Origin: an uncultured Gammaproteobacteria bacterium
Lineage (GTDB): Bacteria; Patescibacteriota; Microgenomatia; Levybacterales; UBA12049
Length of the DNA stretch: 64,000 nt
Reading direction: 5' to 3'
Assembly (NCBI GenBank): GCA_964490105.1
Contig: CAZAZU010000001.1
Location: 155,440-219,439 of the forward strand
In this document: positions 57,002 through 64,000 of the stretch, piece by piece
Layout of the letters: every line of letters begins with the position of its first letter
Position numbering within the stretch: the first letter of the stretch is position 1
Program-made: the position numbers and the translations under genes
The notes under the pieces: generated by a model
Told to the model about the DNA's origin: nothing
The model's input: the letters and a program-made list of their open reading frames with translations, nothing else
Databases searched by the model: none

Positions 57002-58171
57002 TTAAATCCTCCTTTTTATAAAAGAAGTTATCTTCTTAACCTTTTCAGTTTTGCTTTTTGCGTTTTCTGGGATTTCAAATTCATCGTGAATTTCCCCAAC
57101 TAAACTTTCAACAAGATCTTCTAGGGTAACAATTCCACTAGTTTTATTATTTTCGTCTTTGACTATTGCCATATGAACTCTTTTTTCCCGTAATAAAATC
57201 ATTGCATCATCAATTTTTTTATTCTCCGAAATTTTTGGAACTTCTCTTATTATTCCCATTTTTGATAATTTTCTTTCTCTGTTTTTAAATAAAAAATTTA
57301 AATACACTTCCCTAAAGCTCTCAAATTTATTTTGAGAAAATAGATTTTTATAAACGTCTTTTACGTGTATAAATCCTAAAATATGATCAATATTGTCTTG
57401 ATATATGGGAAATCTGCTGTGAGGATTTTTTTGAAAAATTTTAATCATGTGTTTTAGCGATGTATCTTTTTCAAAAGCTATGACTTTGCTTCTTGGAATC
57501 ATAACTTTTCTAACCGGAGTATCTCCCAACTTTAGGACGCTATAAACCATTTCAGCCTCCTTTTTTTCAATCGCTCCCTCTTCTGCGCTTTGGGCTAAAA
57601 TCATTTTTATTTCTTCTTCTGAGTGGACTAATTGGTGACCAGTTGGCGCTTTAAATCCAATAGCCTTTAAAACTAAAATTCCAGCGCCGTTTAATACATA
57701 AATAAATGGTTTGAAAATTGTAGTGAAAAGAAGAAGCGGTCTTATAATCCAAAGAGAAGTTTTTTCTGCTTTTTGTAAAGCAATTGACTTGGGTGCAAGC
57801 TCACCTAAAACAATGTGGAGAAAAGTAATAATTGAAAAAGCAATTGAAAAAGCTAGACCATGGCTAGAGATAACTGCTAAATTAGCTGGTAAATATTCAT
57901 CAAGAAATGGTTCAAAAAAATGTGCTAAGAATGGTTCCCCTACCCACCCCAGAGCAAGGCTCGCAAGGGTAATTCCTAATTGAGTTGCAGAAATATAGGT
58001 ATCTAAATGATTTAGTGCATTTTGGACAAGTTTTGCTGATTTATTATCCTTTTTAGCAAGTTCTTCAATTCTGGTTTTCCTAACTCCAACTAATGCAAAT
58101 TCAGAAGCGACAAAGAATCCGTTAAGCAAAACGAGAAAAATTATGAGGGCTAACTGAGGAATGATCTCCAT
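57002..58171 (-). CDS. CNNM/DUF21 plus CBS domain protein (hemolysin family)
   Basis: FFVASEFALV, QLGIT, GELAPK, HSRFP, TLEDLVESLVGEIHDE. Confidence 0.92.
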   Translation of the reverse strand: MEIIPQLALIIFLVLLNGFFVASEFALVGVRKTRIEELAKKDNKSAKLVQNALNHLDTYISATQLGITLASLALGWVGEPFLAHFFEPFLDEYLPANLAVISSHGLAFSIAFSIITFLHIVLGELAPKSIALQKAEKTSLWIIRPLLLFTTIFKPFIYVLNGAGILVLKAIGFKAPTGHQLVHSEEEIKMILAQSAEEGAIEKKEAEMVYSVLKLGDTPVRKVMIPRSKVIAFEKDTSLKHMIKIFQKNPHSRFPIYQDNIDHILGFIHVKDVYKNLFSQNKFESFREVYLNFLFKNRERKLSKMGIIREVPKISENKKIDDAMILLREKRVHMAIVKDENNKTSGIVTLEDLVESLVGEIHDEFEIPENAKSKTEKVKKITSFIKRRI

Positions 58172-58270
58172 TAAAAAAAGAGTATAGCATACTCATGCCA
58201 GTATTAATTATTTCTACTATCTACTGCGGTAATCCTCTTTTAGTACGCTTATAATTACGGTAATTATAAA

Positions 58271-58747
58271 TTAGAAGGTTCTGCCTTGGAATTCGACATT
58301 GCATAAAATATCTTCTATTTCCGGAAGATTTGCTCCAACTGATATTTTAGTAACTTCAATTCCGCAAAATCTTAATCCACGCACTAACGCTAAGCTTGGA
58401 AAATCATCCACGGGAACGTCTCGTTTTTCGCCGGGATTAAGTCCGTAAGTATATCTTTCGACTAATGCTTTGTAGGTCGCCTCATGGATTATTGCTCCAT
58501 GTACTGCTTGATCGGGGCCCACATGGTCTACGAAGGATCTTAGAAGAGCCTGACCTATTCCCAATCCCTTTGCTCCGTCATCTACCATTACATTTTCTAT
58601 ATTCCATCCACCGGTATCGTAGTTACGTACATATTGCAGATAACCTACTCTTTCGTTATTTACGAAAGCTTTTAGACTGCTGGAATGTTTATATGGATCC
58701 TCATATTTATGAATTACTTGAGGAATCGGTCTTTCGGAAATTGCCAT
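58271..58747 (-). CDS. GNAT-like protein
   Basis: IENVMVD..AKGLGIGQALL acetyl-CoA motif A. Confidence 0.7.
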   Translation of the reverse strand: MAISERPIPQVIHKYEDPYKHSSSLKAFVNNERVGYLQYVRNYDTGGWNIENVMVDDGAKGLGIGQALLRSFVDHVGPDQAVHGAIIHEATYKALVERYTYGLNPGEKRDVPVDDFPSLALVRGLRFCGIEVTKISVGANLPEIEDILCNVEFQGRTF

Positions 58748-58909
58748 GTGGGTATTCTACATAAAATTTGCTCCCAAATCAAACTATAGGTCTTAAAATA
58801 TTTAGCCTTGTAAGGTCTTGCCCCACGAGGTCAGTTGCGACAATTACCCCATGCTGATTGAGTGTTTTGCTTGAATTAATCGATTATTTACTGATATAAT
58901 CCGAAGCTT

Positions 58910-59323
58910 ATGAGTGAAATAAAGATGTCTAGAAGAATGGGAGCCGTAGGAGTTGTAGGAATGACAGCAGTCCTTGTTGCAGGTTGCGGAAATGAAGCGC
59001 CAAAACCTACCCAAGCTGTGGACGCGACATTAAAACCGACGGAACTATATGATCATAGGGTTGCAGTTCAGAGAGAGGAAAATCTAATTGTTTGTTTTAC
59101 AGATGAAGAGCCAATTAGAGATGGAGTTAAATGGGCTTTTGTAGCAGATGTGGCATATTGTCCAGATACTGAAGCAAACTTAATTTTTCTTGGACAGAAA
59201 GGTCCAGTGATATCTCCATTCAGGCTAGATATTAAAAGAGGACAGGATTATTTTGAACATGCAGACCAGGAAGCTCTTAGAGAAAAAGGCAAAGACATTC
59301 CTCCGCCTTTTATGGGTCAGTGA
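58910..59323 (+). CDS. Putative lipoprotein
   Basis: Basic N-terminus, hydrophobic core, VAGC lipobox. Confidence 0.6.
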   Translation: MSEIKMSRRMGAVGVVGMTAVLVAGCGNEAPKPTQAVDATLKPTELYDHRVAVQREENLIVCFTDEEPIRDGVKWAFVADVAYCPDTEANLIFLGQKGPVISPFRLDIKRGQDYFEHADQEALREKGKDIPPPFMGQ

Positions 59324-60505
59324 TTATTTCCTAACAAATAAGATGGCATTTGGAATTGCTCTTCCCGGACCTACTCGATAACCCCCGCTCCATAGAGCTG
59401 TTGAGCCGCCGCTATCAAGGTTCAGTGCATTTTGAATTCCCATTGTATGCAAAACTCTTGCCATTTGTGCAGCATTTACTCCGTGAACGACTCCGATATA
59501 AACGGTTGAACCAGTGCTACCAACAAAACTTCTGCTTCCTGCTCCTGCTCTTTTAACTTCATCATCTCCTCCGAAAACCACATTTCCGCCTGAGACTAAT
59601 AATGGTTGGTTTGCAATAACTCCGTCTACTCCCGTATCTCTTCCCCACCCGGAACTTGCCCCGATAAATCTAGCAGAATTTCCAGAAAAAATTACCACTG
59701 GAACATTAGAGTAAACATTATTATCTGAGTTAAAATATTTTTTATTTTTATTCATAAGAAGTGTGTCGAATGAATTTGTTTTTCCTGCGCAAGATGGGTA
59801 ACTTGCCGGACAAAAATAGGAGCCGTTAATTCCAGCAAATGCGCCACTTCTTGCAACATAATCTCCCAGAGATAGCACCGGGCAATTATCTCTGCAGTCT
59901 CCATCTGAGGCAGTATCTACAATTACTCGAGTTGAGTTCATGTCTGCCGCGACGATATCAACTATAAATTCACCAAAATCAGTCTTTACTTTCTGTCTGC
60001 TAAAGCCAGAGCCTGGAGCTGTATTATTAATTGCCACATTTGCCGTATTTCCTACTGCGCTTGATGCTACTGTTTTAGGAGCGTCTTGATCTATTTTAGC
60101 GTTAAGCTTCGTAAACTGGGCTCCAGCTGAAGCATAATCCCTTTTTGATAGTAAGTTTAAGTTTTCCGCAAAAGTTTTTTCATACTCAGCTACATTTCTT
60201 TTAGCATCCCTGGCATCAATTATTTTTTCATATAGAGTTACTGCTTGAGAATACGTTTTTTCAATGCTCTGAATCGTCGACTCAAGTTCTTTATTTTTCT
60301 TAAATTGATCCTCGGATTTTAATTTGGTAAGTTCTGCCTGAACCCTTTCGTTAGTAGCTTTAAGTTCTTTATTTAAGTCTGTTGATTGTTTGTAGAATGT
60401 AAAAAAGCCAATTGCTCCCAGAATTAAAACACCGCTTAATATTGGAATGATTTTCCGAGCGGTCAAACCTAACTTTGCAAAGCTTGATTTAAATTTGTTA
60501 ATCAC
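59324..60505 (-). CDS. Phosphodiester glycosidase (NAGPA) family protein with TM and coiled coil
   Basis: AGINGSYF, RSFVG, ALNLDSGGS, GRAIPNAI. Confidence 0.88.
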   Translation of the reverse strand: MINKFKSSFAKLGLTARKIIPILSGVLILGAIGFFTFYKQSTDLNKELKATNERVQAELTKLKSEDQFKKNKELESTIQSIEKTYSQAVTLYEKIIDARDAKRNVAEYEKTFAENLNLLSKRDYASAGAQFTKLNAKIDQDAPKTVASSAVGNTANVAINNTAPGSGFSRQKVKTDFGEFIVDIVAADMNSTRVIVDTASDGDCRDNCPVLSLGDYVARSGAFAGINGSYFCPASYPSCAGKTNSFDTLLMNKNKKYFNSDNNVYSNVPVVIFSGNSARFIGASSGWGRDTGVDGVIANQPLLVSGGNVVFGGDDEVKRAGAGSRSFVGSTGSTVYIGVVHGVNAAQMARVLHTMGIQNALNLDSGGSTALWSGGYRVGPGRAIPNAILFVRK

Positions 60506-60840
60506 TTTTTTGAAGATTTCTTGTGAGATTCCTCTATATCCTTGTGAAGTTCTTTTTTAAGATCATCCGCAGTTTTTTTAATCTTATCTTCAATATGATC
60601 TACCCTATCAATGAGAAGTTTCCAGATTTTATCGTGATCATCATTCGCAAGAAGCACTAAAAATTCCTGTTTATCTTTATCTGAAAGTTCGGACAAAACA
60701 GAATCTAAAATTGCGTGATGCAAATTTTCCTGTGCGAGATCTATTAAATGTTTTCTCTCAGCCTGCGTTAGCTCCATTTCAGCCAAAGCAAGACTGATTG
60801 AGGAGGTTTCTATGACATGAGTGTAAAAATGTTTTTTCAT
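60502..60840 (-). CDS. Helical hypothetical protein
   Basis: 112-aa ORF in an operon with its neighbours. Confidence 0.7.
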   Translation of the reverse strand: MKKHFYTHVIETSSISLALAEMELTQAERKHLIDLAQENLHHAILDSVLSELSDKDKQEFLVLLANDDHDKIWKLLIDRVDHIEDKIKKTADDLKKELHKDIEESHKKSSKK

Positions 60841-60844
60841 ATTA

Positions 60845-61720
60845 TTATTGTAAAGCCTTAACTGGTCCTAATGGAATAGCGTTATTAGGATCTTCTACGA
60901 AAAAATATAGAACCGGCCCTTTTGCAGCTCCATCAACGCGTTCCAGATGCTTCATGACCTCAGGGCTTCCTCCAAGATGTTTTCCTGTCCACTCAGCTGG
61001 TCCGGCATCTCCTATTACGGCGACTACTGCTTTTCCATTCTCAGGATTTACTACAAGCATTTTCCTGTATTTAAAAAAATCTCTATATTCCGCAACCCTA
61101 TTATTAAAATCTGGAGCCAGGAAAGTTTGGACTGCTATGTAGTATTTCTCACGCATTACGTCTTCTTCTGTCATTTGGGATTTAGATGTCGTGAAGTATC
61201 CCCAAGCCCCAAGTCCAGGTGCCATTCCAGATGAATGATATTTTTCAGCGTCTTCCTGATTCCCATCAAAATGTGTCGCCATATTGTCCCCAGGATATCT
61301 TGCTAGATGCTGTTCTGAACCGATAAGTCCGTAGCTTCTGTTAAGTCTTAAACCGTTAATTTCCGGAGCTACAGTCATCCCGAAGTTTTTAGAGAGAATC
61401 GCACTTACAGTCGCTTCCTCGCTTCCGGTAAGAGGTCTAACTAAATCTGGGAGAGCCTTAGAAAGATCAGTAATTAGAAATACATCAGTATTAATTTTTT
61501 GAGCTTCCTGAGTCGCTACTTTTACTTTGGAATTCATGGAGTCTTTTTGAATCGGAGACGTAAGAAGAACCAGGCTTCCTAAGGAGCCAACGGCTAGTTG
61601 TTTTGTGTTATCTGAAAGCCATTTAAATGAATCAGAATGTTTTTGGGCTATAGTTTCCTGGAGTTCTTTATGTCTTTTGGTCCACTTATCTTTAAGGAAT
61701 TGATAATTAGGAGACTGCAT
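60845..61720 (-). CDS. Hypothetical protein with C-terminal RlpA/double-psi-barrel-like motif
   Basis: LVVNPENGKAVVAVIGDAGP...LGGSPE. Confidence 0.6.
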   Translation of the reverse strand: MQSPNYQFLKDKWTKRHKELQETIAQKHSDSFKWLSDNTKQLAVGSLGSLVLLTSPIQKDSMNSKVKVATQEAQKINTDVFLITDLSKALPDLVRPLTGSEEATVSAILSKNFGMTVAPEINGLRLNRSYGLIGSEQHLARYPGDNMATHFDGNQEDAEKYHSSGMAPGLGAWGYFTTSKSQMTEEDVMREKYYIAVQTFLAPDFNNRVAEYRDFFKYRKMLVVNPENGKAVVAVIGDAGPAEWTGKHLGGSPEVMKHLERVDGAAKGPVLYFFVEDPNNAIPLGPVKALQ

Positions 61721-61779
61721 ATAAAAATTGTAACAAAAAATAGTTGTTACAAGCAATTTTTTGGTGTTACAATAGCCAT

Positions 61780-61935
61780 ATGGCAAAAATATCTGAGGAA
61801 ATGCGAGAAAAAATGTTTGAAGTCGCACTATTTTTAGTTGGGCTAATTGGTCTTTTAATCCTTTTTACAGTACTTTATCAGGGGCCAAGATTTATTTTTA
61901 ATAAAGTTCTTGAATACTTCGGAATCTCTGTTTAG
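61780..61935 (+). CDS. Small single-TM protein
   Basis: TACAAT-6-ATG; hydrophobic helix. Confidence 0.55.
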   Translation: MAKISEEMREKMFEVALFLVGLIGLLILFTVLYQGPRFIFNKVLEYFGISV

Positions 61936-62034
61936 TTTTGAATAAAATTATAACCTCACCCTTTCCGACTATATATATTCTACTAGCCGCCAAAAAGAGT
62001 GAGGTTAATAAATACTTTTCAGTAGTCGATTGGT

Positions 62035-62265
62035 TTACTTTTTCGACATTTTCATCCACCAATCGTAGAATAACCAAACACCAGCTACTCCTACTAATAC
62101 GTATACTAGCCATTCGACTTGTGGCCAAGCACCAAGAACCATATTAACTATGTTCCAGTTAGCGCCCATAAATCCACCGAGTCCAACGAGACCCCAGTTA
62201 ACAGCTCCAACTACCACTAAGAGTGTTGCAACTAATTCAACCCATTTCATTGTATCTTTGCTCAT
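62035..62265 (-). CDS. DUF378 family membrane protein
   Basis: LVVVGAVNWGLVG, VYVLVGVAG; SD GGAGGTGA. Confidence 0.88.
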   Translation of the reverse strand: MSKDTMKWVELVATLLVVVGAVNWGLVGLGGFMGANWNIVNMVLGAWPQVEWLVYVLVGVAGVWLFYDWWMKMSKK

Positions 62266-62500
62266 GTAATTCACCTCCCCTCTATAATTTGTCTTTACAT
62301 ATTTAGTTAGACATATACTAAAAATTCTGTCAAGTGCTACTAAGATTGAGGGCGTTTGAATATTTATGTTCTAGTTTTGTTCTATTGTTTTGCGTAAATA
62401 ATTTCAGTATATTTATAATTATGTTTGACTTTCTGTCCAGGTTAAATCCCCTCCGAGCGTTTAAAAAAGTTCTTAAAATGTACGCCTTCTGGATACTATT

Positions 62501-63757
62501 ATGAAAGAAAAAGTAATTCTTCATATAGATTTCGATTCTTTTTTTGCTTCGTGTGAACAGCAGTTTGACCCCGCTCTCCGAGGAAAGCCAATAGGAGTAA
62601 CAGCCACCAATGGCAGAACTTGCATTATTGCAGCGAGTAGGGAGGCAAAAAAGTTTGGAGTTAAAAATGTAACTAGAGTTTGGGAGGCGCAAAAGCTGTG
62701 TCCTCAGATTTTTACAGTTCCGGCACATTTTCAGAAATATTGGGAAATCACTCAAATATTTTTAAATATCTGTAAAGATTACTCGCCATATGTCGAGCTT
62801 TTCTCACTTGATGAGGTGTTTATAGACATTACTTCGACAGAGCATCTATTTGGAGACAGATACAAAATAATTGAGGTTATTAAAAAGAGAATAAATGAAG
62901 AGATTGGAGAATACATAACTGTTTCAGTGGGACTTTCCTATAATAAGCTTCTTGCGAAGCTTGGTTCTGGTATGAACAAGCCGAACGGGTTTACGCAAAT
63001 TCTTCCAGAAGATGTAGAAAGCGTATATTCAAAAGTAGAATTGACTGATTTTTGCGGAATTGGCGAGAGAACCGCCATAAGACTTAGAAAAATAGGAATT
63101 AATACTCCCCTTCAGCTTCGCGCAGCATCTTTAGACTCGTTAATAGAAGAGTTTAAAGATGTTGAAGGACATTTTCTTAAAAACTTAGGGCAAGGTGTGG
63201 ACGTTTCTGAAGTGGTCCCTTACTATCTGCCTCAGGAAACAAAATCAGTCGGAAGAAATTACTGTATGCCAAAAAATGAATATGATCAGAGGGTAATTCT
63301 TCAAAATGTTTTTGAATTATCTGAAGAGATTGGAATTAAGTTAAGAAGACTTAGCAAAAAAGCTAGAACAATCGGTCTTTATTTAGGTGGAACTCAGACT
63401 TATCATGGGAGAAGAACCTTAAGCTATCATATAGATAAAGGGTCTGATATTTTTGGTCTTTGCAAAAACTTATATGATTCTTGGGGGTTAGGGAAAATGA
63501 ATAGAGAAGACGCCATGGTTAGGCAGATTTCTGTATGGGCAGGAAATCTTGAGGATTCAGTCAATCTCACTCTTTCTCTGTTTGACACAAAAGTTAAAAC
63601 TTCTAAAATTCAATCAACCATTGATTCTTTAAATGAACGTTTTGGAGACCACACTATTAGGAACGGATTTTTAACTGATGGTCCTAAGTTAAAAACAGTA
63701 CCAAATGGATTTATGGCAGATAAATTTGAGAGACAGAAATTAGTAGGAACAGTTTAG
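62501..63757 (+). CDS. dinB: Y-family DNA polymerase IV
   Basis: HIDFDSFFASCE, SLDEVF, NKLLAK, KPNG. Confidence 0.93.
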   Translation: MKEKVILHIDFDSFFASCEQQFDPALRGKPIGVTATNGRTCIIAASREAKKFGVKNVTRVWEAQKLCPQIFTVPAHFQKYWEITQIFLNICKDYSPYVELFSLDEVFIDITSTEHLFGDRYKIIEVIKKRINEEIGEYITVSVGLSYNKLLAKLGSGMNKPNGFTQILPEDVESVYSKVELTDFCGIGERTAIRLRKIGINTPLQLRAASLDSLIEEFKDVEGHFLKNLGQGVDVSEVVPYYLPQETKSVGRNYCMPKNEYDQRVILQNVFELSEEIGIKLRRLSKKARTIGLYLGGTQTYHGRRTLSYHIDKGSDIFGLCKNLYDSWGLGKMNREDAMVRQISVWAGNLEDSVNLTLSLFDTKVKTSKIQSTIDSLNERFGDHTIRNGFLTDGPKLKTVPNGFMADKFERQKLVGTV

Positions 63758-63999
63758 ATCATGCAGACTCTTTTGGCTTCGTCTAGAATTTCGTCTCTTT
63801 TGTTAAGAGGAATCGAAATTTGATTTATGATTTCAGGATTCTCACAAATACTTTTTACTAAAACTATATTTTTTGCGAGCAATTCCTGTTTTTGCGGCAT
63901 ACTTAAGAAAGATAATGAAGTAATAGGATAAAGCTTGTACTTTTCTACTTTTTCCCTAAGGCTCTCCCCTTCCGGATGTTCCCAGCTAAGAATTTTTAC
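63754..63999 (-). CDS. 3' end of an ATP-cone/restriction-endonuclease-like family protein (partial)
   Basis: Hand translation ILSWEHPEGESLREKVEKYKLYPITSL...KQELLAKNIVL. Confidence 0.55.
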   Translation of the reverse strand, partial: VKILSWEHPEGESLREKVEKYKLYPITSLSFLSMPQKQELLAKNIVLVKSICENPEIINQISIPLNKRDEILDEAKRVCMI

Positions 64000-64000
64000 A

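Noticed and set aside
58800-58865. GC-richer intergenic stretch with a possible hairpin
   Set aside because: Pairing is imperfect and I could not match SRP, 6S or riboswitch motifs.
36-62755. Numerous antisense or nested ORFs (e.g. 160, 2726, 7819, 14953, 42176, 62330)
   Set aside because: They are shadows of well-supported genes on the other strand or frame, with no motifs or independent signals.

Overview
This is a low-GC bacterial chromosome segment using the standard genetic code, most consistent with a Patescibacteria/CPR (Microgenomates-like) genome. That call is inferred from streamlined translation proteins, the gene set and many orphans. It carries translation genes (tyrS, pheST, thrS-infC-rpmI-rplT, tig, typA, obg, a DEAD-box helicase), 13 tRNAs, pyrB-carA-carB, nadD-nadE, cell-wall enzymes, two sortases with adjacent substrates, a glycosyltransferase cassette and dinB. 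The most notable observation is a pair of related, unannotated leader-peptide attenuators: a Phe-rich MIKIINFGFYFTFPSGR (7517-7570) and a Leu/Ile/Val-rich MQAIKNLILVILKSLKGGKSDA (13597-13665). They share a 20-bp terminator block, appear leaderless, and sit directly upstream of orphan genes rather than biosynthetic operons. Also seen: pervasive leaderless gene starts, a GIY-YIG element with a duplicated and palindrome-interrupted tRNA-His 5' half, a 49-aa anchorless sortase-motif peptide, a truncated greA, and a glycosyltransferase cassette bounded by a duplicated gene 3' end. All product calls come from motif recognition by eye; no searches were run.
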